Shown: positions 29,872-40,963, counted from the stretch's first letter. The stretch is 64,000 nt of DNA from an uncultured Pseudomonadota bacterium (GCA_963836235.1 CAWIIP010000004.1:64001-128000); one strand, 5' to 3'. The notes: a model not told the origin generated them from the sequence alone. Numbers and translations are program-made.

Positions 29872-32051
29872 AATCGATAGATGAGCCCCGGAAGGACTGG
29901 GCTTGGGTGGCGCTTTTGTCGGGGTTGGTTATCGCTTTTTATTTCCGGGTTTTATTTGAAAACCAAATTTTTGTTTTCGTGGACGCTTCCCGTTTCTTTT
30001 ATCCGCTCTGGAAATGGGGCGCGGATGTGCTGAGACAGGGGTGGATTCCCCTCTGGAATCCCGACGCCCAATTTGGAACACCCTACCTGGCCGATCCCCA
30101 GATGGCCTATGCTTATCCGCCCGTGCCCCTGCTTTATCTGCTCTTGAACCCCACCAACGCTTTCGCGGCCTTGGTGATACTTCACCACTTTTGGGCCCTG
30201 TTGGGTTTTTGGATTTTCGCCCGGGCGGAAGGTTTTTCCACCCGGGCCGCCCTCTTGGGCAGTTTGATCTTCGGGTTTTCCCTTCACTTGGTTTGCTCTT
30301 CCTGGACGCCGGTGGCCCTTTCGACCATCAGCTGGATTCCATGGGTTTTCCTGGGGGCGGGAATGTGCTATCGGAAGGAAAGAGGAGGGTTTCTATTCCT
30401 CTCCTTCGCCTGGGCCATGCAATTGGCGGCGGGTTATCCCGTCTTAACTTATTTGACGGTCATGGCGGTAGGGCTTCATTTCGGATGGAAGACCATTGGG
30501 GCCATGAAGAAATCGAAGGGGCCTGAGTTTTCCTGGCTTGGGGTCTTTTTCTCGGCGGGAATGACGGCGCTTGTTTACAACCTAGTCTGGGGCTTGCCCT
30601 TTTTGGAAATGTTCCAACAGAGCAATTACGAGAATGGGGCCAGCCGTTTCCATGATTTGAACTGGTTGGACTTGGGGACGATCTTAAGCCCCTTTGACCA
30701 GGGGCATCCTTTGCTTTCCGGTTACCACGGCCCCCATTATTGGGTTTCGACTTATTTCGCCGGGTTGCCGACCCTTTGCCTTTTAGCTTGGGGGGCTATT
30801 TACATGGTTTATCGCAAGACTTCCTGGGGGCTGCTTCTGGCATTCTTGGTTTTGAGCTTGGGCGTCCTGGGAATGGGCCATGTTTTGATGGCGATCTTGC
30901 CGGGCTATTCTTTGGTAATTCATTCAGGCTTCTGGCTTTCGCTTCTTATTTTTTGGATGGCCTGGTTAGCCATGGAATCGTTGATAGATTTCCTGGGCCC
31001 AAACCTTTTGCCCAGCCAAACCCTATTGTGGACCACGATGGTTGCGGGAATTTATGGTTTGTCCTACTTCATTCAAGTCCCCTTGTCTCCGGCGGCTTTT
31101 TGGATTTCGCTGGTCGCCGCTGGTTTGGCGGCTTGGCCGCAGGATGCCCGTCTTCGGTGGGTTTTGCTCCTACTTTCCCTCGGGATTTCCTTGGGAACTG
31201 CGGCTTCGAGTCTCAATATTCTTCTGGACCGCTCTTATTACGATAAATCACCGCTAACGATGGGATCGATTCCCAAACCCGGCCGACTTTTTTTCACACC
31301 TCCTTTACTGGGACAGGCGGCCCGCCTGCAGGGGGAAAGCATGGTGGCGGCTTATGAATCGGCGAAAGAAAACTTCTACCCGAATTGGCCCTTAGCTTAC
31401 GGAAGGGAAGAAGTTCCTCTCTATAATACCATTCAATTAAGGGATTCCTTCACCTGGACCTTTCAGTCTTTCCAACATTCCTTGCGACATTCCCGGAGCG
31501 TTTTGGATTACCTGGGTATCCGATATGTGTTCGGGAAAAACCAGTTTGAGGATTTTAAAAATGTTAATCCGATCGGAAGTCCTATTCAGATTTCCGAGAA
31601 TCCGAATCCTGGCCCAAAGTGGTTTTCGGTAGGCCGTGCCAGGGTGGCAAGCCTTTCCCTGAAAGATGACTTTGACCAGGCGGACAAGACTTCCATGGAT
31701 TACCGTAAAGAATGTTTCATTGGAGATTCGGCTAAAGCGGGTTCCTATAGTCTTTGTGAAGTCGATTGGAAAGAGGAGACCCCCACTCGGCTTGTCTTGG
31801 AATCCAAGGGTTCGGGGAAGGCCCTGCTGGTTTCTTCCGAGACGGATTATCCCGGCTGGAAAGTAAAGGTGGGCGATCATCAGGGGACGGTCGAGCAAAT
31901 CAACCACAGTTTTCGGGGAGTCGTCCTGAACGAGGGTGAAACCCGGGCGCTTTTTTATTTCGAGCCCGTCACTTTCCGGCTTGGACTTTTTCTTTCATTG
32001 TTAATTTGTGGGTTTTGGATGATGCTTTTCTTTAAAGGATTTAAATCGTGA
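29868..32051 (+). CDS. YfhO-family / GT-C-like membrane glycosyltransferase 1
   Basis: D...FFYP, G.IPLWNP...GTPYLADPQ...YP; C-terminal SETDYPGWKV.V...F.P.TFRLG; ATGA overlap with upstream gene. Confidence 0.8.
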   Translation: MKSIDEPRKDWAWVALLSGLVIAFYFRVLFENQIFVFVDASRFFYPLWKWGADVLRQGWIPLWNPDAQFGTPYLADPQMAYAYPPVPLLYLLLNPTNAFAALVILHHFWALLGFWIFARAEGFSTRAALLGSLIFGFSLHLVCSSWTPVALSTISWIPWVFLGAGMCYRKERGGFLFLSFAWAMQLAAGYPVLTYLTVMAVGLHFGWKTIGAMKKSKGPEFSWLGVFFSAGMTALVYNLVWGLPFLEMFQQSNYENGASRFHDLNWLDLGTILSPFDQGHPLLSGYHGPHYWVSTYFAGLPTLCLLAWGAIYMVYRKTSWGLLLAFLVLSLGVLGMGHVLMAILPGYSLVIHSGFWLSLLIFWMAWLAMESLIDFLGPNLLPSQTLLWTTMVAGIYGLSYFIQVPLSPAAFWISLVAAGLAAWPQDARLRWVLLLLSLGISLGTAASSLNILLDRSYYDKSPLTMGSIPKPGRLFFTPPLLGQAARLQGESMVAAYESAKENFYPNWPLAYGREEVPLYNTIQLRDSFTWTFQSFQHSLRHSRSVLDYLGIRYVFGKNQFEDFKNVNPIGSPIQISENPNPGPKWFSVGRARVASLSLKDDFDQADKTSMDYRKECFIGDSAKAGSYSLCEVDWKEETPTRLVLESKGSGKALLVSSETDYPGWKVKVGDHQGTVEQINHSFRGVVLNEGETRALFYFEPVTFRLGLFLSLLICGFWMMLFFKGFKS

Positions 32052-34168
32052 ATTCTAAAACCGTCTTTAAACCCCTTTGGGCGGGTTTCTTTCTTCTCCT
32101 TCTTTATTGGATGATCCGGCTTTGGGGCCATTTCCCGGCCTTTATGGACACGATGGAGTATGTCTTTCCGGAGAAGTGGTTCAATGTCGAATCGTTCCGC
32201 CAGGGGCGGATACCCCTTTGGAATCCTTATATTGCCTGCGGAACGCCCCACCTAGCGGCATTCCAGCCCGCCCCTTTTTATCCTTTCTTTTGGATATGGA
32301 ACCTTACCGGCCTCACCAACTGGTTTTTTGTGGTGGCGCTTTTGCACCAGGCCTTTGCCGCCGTCGGGTTTTACTTTTGGGGGAGGGCCCTGAAAGCTTC
32401 CCCCTTGGTGGCGACTTTTTGCGCCTTGGGGTTTGCCGGGTCCGCCTTGATGACCTTCTATTGGGGTTTTCCCACCCATCTGGCTTCCATCGCGTGGATT
32501 CCCTGGGTTTTCTTTACCTCCGTCCGGTTCCAGGAAAAACCTTCCCCGCGTTGGTGGATTTGGGCATCCCTCTGTTGGACGCTTCAAATATTGGCGGGTT
32601 ATCCCATCTTCACTTTTTACGTCGCGCTTTTTTGGATGGGATGGGCCTATTGGAACTTGAGGGGCCGGGTAAAAATCCTAACGGCCCTGATGGGGACATT
32701 TCTGGCCGCCATGGTTTTTTCCGCAGCCCAGTGGTTGCCCTTCGCGGATTTCCTGGGATATCTTCACCGGGACGGATGGGGGGATTATCTTTACGACCTT
32801 CATTGGCCCAATTTTCTCACCCTTTTCCAGCCGCAGTTGTTGGGAACGCCTGGCATGGCCGGATATAAGGGGGATTATCCCGATTTCATTTTCAACAACC
32901 TTTACCTTGGCTTGGTGCCCCTGGCGATTTTTATCGCTCTTTTTTTCTCGCCGAAATCAAAAAATTCATTTTGGAGGGGGATGGCGCTCTTCTGGTTTTT
33001 TTGGCTACCTGGGATTCATTTTTTTGTTTGGAAGATTCTTCCCGGCGCTTGGATGGACCGGCTGGAACCGGCGAAGGCCGCCTTTCTTTTCGTTTTTTGC
33101 GCCTTTACGGCCCTGGCCGTGGGGCTTTCCGAACAATTCCAATTCGCTTCCCGGAAAAACAAAATCTGGAAATGGGCCTGGGTGGCGGGAGCCTTGTGGA
33201 TTTTGGACATCCTCCTAATACCCTGCCGGGTGATTCAAACCGTGCCCGATCCTTACCGGAACGAAGAAGTTCGGCAATCCGCCGAGCGGGCCAAAGGGAT
33301 TGTGGGAGAGGGAAGGCTGGTGAGCCTCAAGGAAGCGGGCCAGGGTTATCCCGAGTGGGATGGAAGTGTTTCCGATTCCTTCAAGACGACGGCGGAGGAA
33401 CTGGTTCCCAACACCAATATGGTTTGGGGCCTAAAATCGGCACGGGGTTACCTCACGATTTATACCGATGGTTTTCAAGACCTGAACAAATATCTCAAAT
33501 CGGGCTATCCCTATGACGGACGCGTCCTGGACGCGGCGGGGGTGGACCTTATTCTTTATTCCCGGGCCCTTTCGGCCTTCAAGTACAACGTGAATGAACA
33601 GCATGGAGCGTCGGTATGGACCAAGAACGCCGGGGCCTTAGCTGGCGCCTGGAAAGTGGAGACGGTCCGGGAGTTTCCCGACCGGGCGGCGGTCTTCGAG
33701 GCGATGCTGGACCCTAAGGCTTTTCTCGAGAACGAGGTTTATACCGAAAAATCACGGGATGGGAAGGTCGTATCCCTGGCGCCGTCGACTCGAATCCTTT
33801 CCGGAAAGGTTCCTTCCGCTTGGGGGCGGTTAAAAGCCAAGGTGGCTGGTTGGTTCCAAACTGAGACGACTCTTGAGGGCTCCCGGCCTTCCCCCTGCGA
33901 GGCCCAATTCACGGTAATGGCGGACAAGAACGGGTTTCTGGTGTTCGACGAAAGTTTCGCACCCGGTTGGCACGCTTGGGTGGACGGCATCCCGGAAAAT
34001 ATTTTCCGCGCGGACGGCCTTTTTATGTCCGTGGTTTTGGATGAAAGCGGGGAGCATAAGGTGGATTTCCGCTACGAACCAGTGTCTTTCCGCCTAGGTT
34101 TATTCTTTACCTTGGTGTCGTTGGTGGCGGGTGCCTTAACCCTTGTTTTATCTAAGAGAAGGAAATGA
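32048..34168 (+). CDS. YfhO-family / GT-C-like membrane glycosyltransferase 2
   Basis: D...YVFP, GRIPLWNPY..CGTP.LA..Q..PFYP; ESFAPGWHAWVDG...FRYEP.SFRLG; GTGA overlap. Confidence 0.8.
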   Translation: MNSKTVFKPLWAGFFLLLLYWMIRLWGHFPAFMDTMEYVFPEKWFNVESFRQGRIPLWNPYIACGTPHLAAFQPAPFYPFFWIWNLTGLTNWFFVVALLHQAFAAVGFYFWGRALKASPLVATFCALGFAGSALMTFYWGFPTHLASIAWIPWVFFTSVRFQEKPSPRWWIWASLCWTLQILAGYPIFTFYVALFWMGWAYWNLRGRVKILTALMGTFLAAMVFSAAQWLPFADFLGYLHRDGWGDYLYDLHWPNFLTLFQPQLLGTPGMAGYKGDYPDFIFNNLYLGLVPLAIFIALFFSPKSKNSFWRGMALFWFFWLPGIHFFVWKILPGAWMDRLEPAKAAFLFVFCAFTALAVGLSEQFQFASRKNKIWKWAWVAGALWILDILLIPCRVIQTVPDPYRNEEVRQSAERAKGIVGEGRLVSLKEAGQGYPEWDGSVSDSFKTTAEELVPNTNMVWGLKSARGYLTIYTDGFQDLNKYLKSGYPYDGRVLDAAGVDLILYSRALSAFKYNVNEQHGASVWTKNAGALAGAWKVETVREFPDRAAVFEAMLDPKAFLENEVYTEKSRDGKVVSLAPSTRILSGKVPSAWGRLKAKVAGWFQTETTLEGSRPSPCEAQFTVMADKNGFLVFDESFAPGWHAWVDGIPENIFRADGLFMSVVLDESGEHKVDFRYEPVSFRLGLFFTLVSLVAGALTLVLSKRRK

Positions 34169-35532
34169 AAGTTTTTATAATTCCTAGACTGTTTTTTTTT
34201 CTTTCAATGTTTTTTTTACTACCATCGTTTGTCGTGGCTATTTCGGGCGATGAGAATGTTTTGGAAACGGACTTAAAAGACCGTGCCGATATCCTCTTTT
34301 TCGGTGGTTTCGAGTCTAACCCATGGACTTCGGTTTGGGGTATGGACTGGGGACCGGAACCAGCGTCTAATGCCGAACTTATTTTGAGCCCAAAGGCTTT
34401 CGATGGCCGTTCCCTTCGGGTCAAATACTTGAAGGATACCTATGGCCCGGAAGGTGGGCTCCAATATCTGACGGAATTTTCAAAACTTTCCATAGAACCT
34501 CAAGAAGCGCTCTATCTTCGTTATTATGTTCGGTTTGAGCCAGGTTTTGATTTTGTGAGGGGTGGAAAACTGCCCGGTCTGGCGGGTGCCAACGCCAATA
34601 CGGGCGGGCACAAATCGAACGGTACGGACGGTTGGAGCGCTCGCATGATGTGGAGGCCTGACGGAAAGATTGTTCAATATGTCTATCATCCTGATCAGCC
34701 AAACGACTATGGAGAGGATTTTGCCTGGAATTATGGAGGGTGCCCCCGCTATTTCAAACCGGGCCAATGGTATTGCGTTGAAACTTACGTTCAAATGAAC
34801 AGGCCGGGGAAGAAGGACGGCATCGTTCGGTCCTGGTTGAACGGGGACAAGGCTTTAGAGGTGACGAACCTGCGGTTCAGGGATATACCTGGGATCAAGA
34901 TCGACAAAATGTATTTTTCCACTTTTTTCGGCGGTGCCGATCCAAGCTGGGCACCTTCAAAGGAAGTGCGTGCCGATTTCGACAACTTTGTGATCGCTAA
35001 AAATTATATTGGTCCCGACAGGGATTGGACCGGAAAAACCAATGAAATTATGGTTCCTGTGTCAACCAACGAAAAAGAAACGACGGGCACCCTTCTTTTC
35101 GACGGTGACCATTCCGGTTGGATCACCAGTTCCTGGAGCGATGGCAAGTATGATTTTCATTCGACGGCCCAAAACCACACGTCAGGCGGCAAACAAAGTG
35201 TTTATATCCAACTGCCCGATGGGGCGTGGGGCGCAGTTCAGTTTGAAGGGCCGTCTACAAATGTTTTAGATTATAAGACGCTTTCTATGTGGGTTTATCC
35301 GACCCGTTGTGATTTGGAGTATCGGGTTCGATTTGAATTGAATGGACGCCAGGTGGGCGTCGAAAAGGCCGTGACAGGAGCACGTGGATGGGAAGTGAAC
35401 CAATGGAATCATGTGGAACTGTTGTTGAATGATTTTAAAATTTCGAGTTCTTTTAACAGAATAGTCCTTGCATCCAATACTTCCACGGCTGTCGCGCCGT
35501 TTTACATTGACGACATTGATTTAATTAAATGA
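34165..35532 (+). CDS. PL14-like polysaccharide lyase with C-terminal carbohydrate-binding-like domain
   Basis: Signal peptide; GGKLPGL, WSARMMWR, YVYHP, N.PG..DG...WLNG, FSTFFGG...WA; second domain ends FYIDDI; ATGA overlap. Confidence 0.78.
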   Translation: MKVFIIPRLFFFLSMFFLLPSFVVAISGDENVLETDLKDRADILFFGGFESNPWTSVWGMDWGPEPASNAELILSPKAFDGRSLRVKYLKDTYGPEGGLQYLTEFSKLSIEPQEALYLRYYVRFEPGFDFVRGGKLPGLAGANANTGGHKSNGTDGWSARMMWRPDGKIVQYVYHPDQPNDYGEDFAWNYGGCPRYFKPGQWYCVETYVQMNRPGKKDGIVRSWLNGDKALEVTNLRFRDIPGIKIDKMYFSTFFGGADPSWAPSKEVRADFDNFVIAKNYIGPDRDWTGKTNEIMVPVSTNEKETTGTLLFDGDHSGWITSSWSDGKYDFHSTAQNHTSGGKQSVYIQLPDGAWGAVQFEGPSTNVLDYKTLSMWVYPTRCDLEYRVRFELNGRQVGVEKAVTGARGWEVNQWNHVELLLNDFKISSSFNRIVLASNTSTAVAPFYIDDIDLIK

Positions 35533-35829
35533 TTCTGTTGATGCGTTAAAGCTTTCTCTATTGCGATGTTTTTTAAAATTTCAACTTGGTTGTAAAACGG
35601 TTTGCCCTTTTAAATCCTTTTTGGCATTGAACAAAAGGGTCGTTCTCCGCTTTAATGGTTTTGTCGGTAAACGGTTTTTTTAGCCTTGGCTTGGAAAGAA
35701 ATCTGAAAATCTCTTTCGGCTATTTACATTAAAACCTTTTTAGGAAAAACCGGGATGACTCCCGGTTGGAAGCATGAAGATTAAAAAACGCATTGCCTGG
35801 AATTTATTTTTTAAAATTCCGGCGAGCCG

Positions 35830-38800
35830 ATGGGTTTGAATTTTAAATCCACCCTCCTTGCCTATTTTCCTCCTAGATCCCATGTAACCGGTTTCAAATT
35901 TAAATGGCTTCAAGTTTCCTCCGTTTTTATTTTTTTGAATGTCCTCCCGGTTTTCTCACAGACTTGCAATACCAATACCACTAATGTTCCGAACCTTTGC
36001 ATCACCGTATCACCGACGAACCCGATTCCAGGCTCCGCTGTTACGGTGACGGTCAATTATTGCAGTACCGTTACTGGGGGTAACGGTACAGAACTAGTAG
36101 CCGCATTAAATAGCAATGCTACGACGCTTCAAGCTTGTAGTACTTCCGGGCAATATTTCCTTGTGGACAAGAATGGCGCGAATGTGGATGACGTGAATCC
36201 ATGCGGCGCGACCCCTGGCTGCGATATGGGCTATTACATGAATGATGAAGCCACCAATAGTAGTACGACACCTTGTACTTCTAATCATTCCGTTACCTGG
36301 ACCTTGACTATCCCTAATAGTGTTAATGTTGGCGGTACCTATAACCTTATTGTGGCGGCTGCTGGTTACACGAGTTTAACTTGTGGAACGGAAGGGTATA
36401 ATTCCGTTTTTATCCCTATCACCATACCCCTGCCACCGCCGGGAATTTCAAACGTGTCCAAAACCGCTGAAGAAAGCGGTACCACGGTCAATCCGGGGGA
36501 TTTACTCCTTTTCCATATCGACTACGACTTTGTAAATACCACCAATTTACAAGTGACCGATACGGTTCCACCAGACACCACCTTGGTTTCGACGGGTCCC
36601 GTAACCGCGGCCCCTTCCGGGTCGGCTGCTGGAACGGGGGTGACTTGGGCGATGGGCAACGCGACGACGCAGACCTCGGGTGCGGTATGGATGCTGGTAA
36701 GGGTGAATGTGGGGACACCGCAGGGGACCGTCATCCAAAATATGGCTTCGTTAACCTCTGCGGACATTACGACGCCAATTATCACGAACACGACCTCGAC
36801 CACGGTGGGCCCGGGTTTTGCCATTTCGAAAAGCGAGTCCTCCTCCTCGCTGCTACCCGGGCAGACCATCACCTATACCCTCACTTACAGCCACAGTGGC
36901 CAAAGCCTACAATTGTTCGATTCTTACGACAACAATCCAGTCAACACTTCGGGAAGTGCCATCCAAGGATTCGACGGGACCCCCTATACCGCCTCTACTG
37001 GGGTTTCCTTTACGGTGGAATCCGATTCAGCTGGTAACCATTACGTCATGGCACAGGCCTGTACAGGTATCAGCTTCGCCGCGGGTATGACCTGCACGAC
37101 TTTTGGGACCCTTTTGAGAAACGGTCCTACGGTCAATATATGCGATGGCTATACGGTGGAGGGGAACGTGTTCATCCCGGTCGGGGATCCCTCCGGTGCT
37201 GACGCCCATTTGGTGATCGCCTCCAGCGGCGGGAACGCCTACATGGTGGGTATTTCCCTGGACAGTTATCCCGGCAATTTTTTTCTGCAAAAAAATAACA
37301 CCGCGCCCGCGACGGTTACCGATCCCGTTACTCTAATTAATAACCAGATCGGCACGACCATTACGGCGGGCGTATGGTATACGATCGAGGCCCAAATCAC
37401 CTATGTCGGCGGTTTCCCCAATATTTGCGCGAAAGTTTGGCCGACCGGCGGCACTGTTCCGGCGGCTAACGCTTTTTGTTATGTCGACAACACCAACCCC
37501 CTTCCTTGCGGGCAGTATCAAATAGGCTGGCAGGCGGACGGATCGGCTAATTTCGACTATTACTCGGATTTAAAACTTTTCGGCCCAGACCCGGCTATCA
37601 ATACCCTAGTTTGGGATACGGTTCCTTCGGGAGTGCAATACCTGGGCAACGCGGTTGGACCCGTGACTGCTACCCCGGTGGCTACTGTTACATTTTCGCA
37701 AGGGCCTCCCTTGAGCTGGAGTTTTCCCGAAACCCTTTATAACGGTCCCAGCGGAGCTATTACTTGGTGGGGGTCAGTGGACTGCTCTTCTACCGGCATT
37801 CTTATCAACAGCGCGGATATCCATGCAGCCGGAGTCAGTTCGATATTATCTAACGCGGTAACGGCTTCAGTAGCTACCTGTACTTTTACCCCAACGCCTA
37901 CCAATACGCCGACCCAAACTCCAACATTGACGCCGTCCTTTACCCCTACGAATACCGATACCAACTCCCCAACTAATACTCCCACTAATACCTTTACTTA
38001 CACCCCCACCAATACTCCCACTTGGACGGCTACGAACACGCCTACAATTACTCCAACCTTCACGCCCACTTATACGGCTACCCTTACGCCCACTAATACT
38101 TTCATTAATACCCCAACGCCCACGGATACGCCCACTAATACGGCCACGAATACCCCTAGTTCCACTTTCACGAATAGCGTTACCAACACCCCAACGCCAA
38201 CCCCCACATTCACCGACACGGCGACAGATACATTCACCGCGACCAATAGTCCCACTAATACTTTCACCCCGACTCCCACTGATACTCCAACCGATACCGT
38301 GACCCCGACCTATACTTACACTTGGACTCCAACCTTCACCCCCACTGACACGCCAACGGCAACCGATACCTTTACCGTAACGAATACGCCGACCTTGACG
38401 TTCACAATGACGGATTCTTTCACCCCCACCAATACCATAACCCCCACGAATACTTTTACTTCGACTCCAACATTCACCGTAACTAATACTTTTACTCTCA
38501 CGGATACTGCGACGCCTACCAATAGCCCGACAGACACCTTCACTTATACAAATACTTTTACTCCTACACTGACGCCTACCCGGACTTTTACGCCTACTCC
38601 CACGAATACGGCAACTTCTACCCCGACTTCTACGGATACTTCCACGCCTACTAGCACTCCCACTTCGAGCCCTACCGCGACGCCTACCAGTACTTTTACT
38701 TCCACGCCGACGCTGGTAGCTGGGGTGACTATTCAGAAAAAGGCTTCGGAAACCACGGCTTCGTCGGGCGACATCATTACCTACGATATCTCCCTGAGCG

Positions 38801-39984
38801 TGACGGGAAGCATGGTTACTCTACCCATGGTGGTGGATACCCTGCCCGCAAACGTCACTTTTAATAGTTATGAATCCGACCCGCCGGGTACTACCACGCT
38901 TCCACCTAACGGAGACCTTCTGACGTGGAATCTCCCGAAGCTGAACCCCGGTACCTACGATCTATTCTATTCGGTACAGGTAAATAGTTTTGTGGCCGCG
39001 GGAACAGTGCTGGAAAATAAGGCTTGGGTCACCTACTTGGATGGGGGGCCGATCACCGCGGTCGCGGATGTGACAGTTGTCGGGCAATACACCATCCGGG
39101 TGAATGTTTATAACGAAGCCGGGGAAGTCGTGAAAACTATCCTCGTCACCCAAATGTCCCAGCCCATTATGAACATCCAGCTCGCGCCCGCCACGATCAC
39201 AAGCCTTGAGGGACAGGTGCAAATTTATGACGGTAGTTACTTGATCGGTACTTGGGACGGCACCACTAACAACGGTACCCCGGCGACCAACGGTGTTTAC
39301 CATATCAGCGTGGACAGCACCGATTCTTCGGGTGTGATCCAAAGCGTCACGCAAGAAGCTGTCGTCAGCCGGTCCATTGCGCAAGTGAATGTCGATATCT
39401 ACAATGAGGCGGGGGAGATCGTGCGGCATTTATTCGCTTATATGGATGATCCCAATAACAGCTTGATCACGGGATTCAATCTTTCGGCCTCCGCCATCAT
39501 TCCCGGGTCTTCTTCTCCTGGAACACCCGGCCAAGTCCAGATTACGAGCGATTTGGGAACCCTTTTGGCAACCTGGGACGGAAAAAGCGATTCGGGGACG
39601 GTGGTGACCAATGGGATTTACTTCGTCGAGATGTCCACGACGAATGGTGCCGGAGGGCAATCGACCATTACGAAAACAGTGACCGTTTTACAACAGGGAA
39701 GCCATTGGGCCGCGGGAACGGTGACAGCGGCTCCGAACGAAACCGACGCGGATCATCCGACGATTACGTTCGCAACAGGAACAGTCGGGTTAACCCTGGA
39801 AGTCAAGATTTATGATGTGGCTGGTGAATTGGTGGCCAATATTAATGGCGACAGGGAAATCAGCCAGGCCCAATGGACCCCCGTCAAAACCGCTAGCGGA
39901 CTTTATATTGCGGTAGTGGGTTTAACCGATTCCAATGGAAAATGGGCGGGACAACAGATTTTGAAATTACTTGTTCGGCATTAA
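35830..39984 (+). CDS. Large secreted Cys-rich protein: DUF11 domains, inserted lectin-like domain, long Thr/Pro stalk, two FlgD-like Ig domains and T9SS-CTD-like domain
   Basis: Signal-like ...LPVFSQ; N-half paralogous to 20668..23610, C-half to 2591..6949; YNEAGE twice; APN...IYDVAGELV...ASGLY...KLLVRH. Confidence 0.85.
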   Translation: MGLNFKSTLLAYFPPRSHVTGFKFKWLQVSSVFIFLNVLPVFSQTCNTNTTNVPNLCITVSPTNPIPGSAVTVTVNYCSTVTGGNGTELVAALNSNATTLQACSTSGQYFLVDKNGANVDDVNPCGATPGCDMGYYMNDEATNSSTTPCTSNHSVTWTLTIPNSVNVGGTYNLIVAAAGYTSLTCGTEGYNSVFIPITIPLPPPGISNVSKTAEESGTTVNPGDLLLFHIDYDFVNTTNLQVTDTVPPDTTLVSTGPVTAAPSGSAAGTGVTWAMGNATTQTSGAVWMLVRVNVGTPQGTVIQNMASLTSADITTPIITNTTSTTVGPGFAISKSESSSSLLPGQTITYTLTYSHSGQSLQLFDSYDNNPVNTSGSAIQGFDGTPYTASTGVSFTVESDSAGNHYVMAQACTGISFAAGMTCTTFGTLLRNGPTVNICDGYTVEGNVFIPVGDPSGADAHLVIASSGGNAYMVGISLDSYPGNFFLQKNNTAPATVTDPVTLINNQIGTTITAGVWYTIEAQITYVGGFPNICAKVWPTGGTVPAANAFCYVDNTNPLPCGQYQIGWQADGSANFDYYSDLKLFGPDPAINTLVWDTVPSGVQYLGNAVGPVTATPVATVTFSQGPPLSWSFPETLYNGPSGAITWWGSVDCSSTGILINSADIHAAGVSSILSNAVTASVATCTFTPTPTNTPTQTPTLTPSFTPTNTDTNSPTNTPTNTFTYTPTNTPTWTATNTPTITPTFTPTYTATLTPTNTFINTPTPTDTPTNTATNTPSSTFTNSVTNTPTPTPTFTDTATDTFTATNSPTNTFTPTPTDTPTDTVTPTYTYTWTPTFTPTDTPTATDTFTVTNTPTLTFTMTDSFTPTNTITPTNTFTSTPTFTVTNTFTLTDTATPTNSPTDTFTYTNTFTPTLTPTRTFTPTPTNTATSTPTSTDTSTPTSTPTSSPTATPTSTFTSTPTLVAGVTIQKKASETTASSGDIITYDISLSVTGSMVTLPMVVDTLPANVTFNSYESDPPGTTTLPPNGDLLTWNLPKLNPGTYDLFYSVQVNSFVAAGTVLENKAWVTYLDGGPITAVADVTVVGQYTIRVNVYNEAGEVVKTILVTQMSQPIMNIQLAPATITSLEGQVQIYDGSYLIGTWDGTTNNGTPATNGVYHISVDSTDSSGVIQSVTQEAVVSRSIAQVNVDIYNEAGEIVRHLFAYMDDPNNSLITGFNLSASAIIPGSSSPGTPGQVQITSDLGTLLATWDGKSDSGTVVTNGIYFVEMSTTNGAGGQSTITKTVTVLQQGSHWAAGTVTAAPNETDADHPTITFATGTVGLTLEVKIYDVAGELVANINGDREISQAQWTPVKTASGLYIAVVGLTDSNGKWAGQQILKLLVRH
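37880..38712 (+). repeat. Low-complexity (Thr-X)n coding repeat (TPTNTPT/TFTPT)
   Basis: About 275 residues with Thr at nearly every second position. Confidence 0.9.
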
Positions 39985-40279
39985 AACAAAAGCAAAACAT
40001 TCCATTTGTTTGAAGTCGAATTCGACCGTTCGGTTCTGTGGATTTCGATGGAGAATTTTAAAACAGACTGGACTTTTAATTGAGTGCTTGAACCAATTGC
40101 TTCGCCGCCTGGATTTTATTTAAACTCAAAAAACTTAGATTCGTCCGACCCGCAGTGGGCAGTTACCGCTTTGGATTTTCTAATGTCATAACCACTATAC
40201 AAAATGGTTTCTTTGTGGATATATATTGTTGTCCAGGTAAACTATGGCCCGAAACAACCCGGAACCGGAGGCTTCTTTC

Positions 40280-40963
40280 ATGTTTAGGTTTTTTTTGGTG
40301 TTTTTTTGTTGGGTATCATTGGGTTCCGCTTGGGCCAAGCGTGAACCCCCGCCCTTTATCCCTCCTGTCGACGATGGTATTTACCGTTTCGTTTTAAGGG
40401 AAAACAGCCAGCCCGATAAGCTCGGTATTTATAAAGGGGGGCATGTCGAGGCTTACCTGAAAATAACGGGTGAAAAAATTTGGGAAAAATACCTGTACAA
40501 AGTTCATTTAGATCCGACGGTCGAAAGGGACGTACAGGATGTTTTTGTGCGTGAAATGTATCTGGATAAACCTAACCGGCTGATACTGGAAAACGAAAGA
40601 GGGGAATGGTTTGTACTAGAACGTCGAACCGGGGACCTTCTTCAATTAGAGGATTTTAAACGGACAGAAGAGGAAAAAATACCCGATAACTCCGATTCGA
40701 CGAAAGTAGAACCAATTCTTCAGGACAATTTCCTCATCGAGGCGGATGAATCAGTCAGCTATGGCCACCAAAAAGTAAGGGCTTTTGACGTACCGACCGG
40801 ACGGTTGCTTTGGGAAAAAAAGATACCCTCTCCCAGTGATGGGAATGGGGGGCGAAGCCATATTTCCTTCATGCTGTTGAATCCAAAAAGCCAGTTGGAG
40901 ATTAATTTTGAAGATAGTTCCGAATGCTTGGTGGACGTCAAGACGGGAAAATTGTTGAAATAA
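40280..40963 (+). CDS. Exported hypothetical protein with two PQQ-like beta repeats
   Basis: GGAGG SD before ATG 40280; signal peptide (SAWA); VEAY...TGEKIWEK and VRAFD..TGRLLWEK. Confidence 0.65.
   Translation: MFRFFLVFFCWVSLGSAWAKREPPPFIPPVDDGIYRFVLRENSQPDKLGIYKGGHVEAYLKITGEKIWEKYLYKVHLDPTVERDVQDVFVREMYLDKPNRLILENERGEWFVLERRTGDLLQLEDFKRTEEEKIPDNSDSTKVEPILQDNFLIEADESVSYGHQKVRAFDVPTGRLLWEKKIPSPSDGNGGRSHISFMLLNPKSQLEINFEDSSECLVDVKTGKLLK

Noticed and set aside
35560-35612. GGGCAAACC on the minus strand suggesting a c-di-GMP-I riboswitch
   Set aside because: Lacks the GAAA-capped stem and the GACGCAAAGC segment, and points away from the downstream gene
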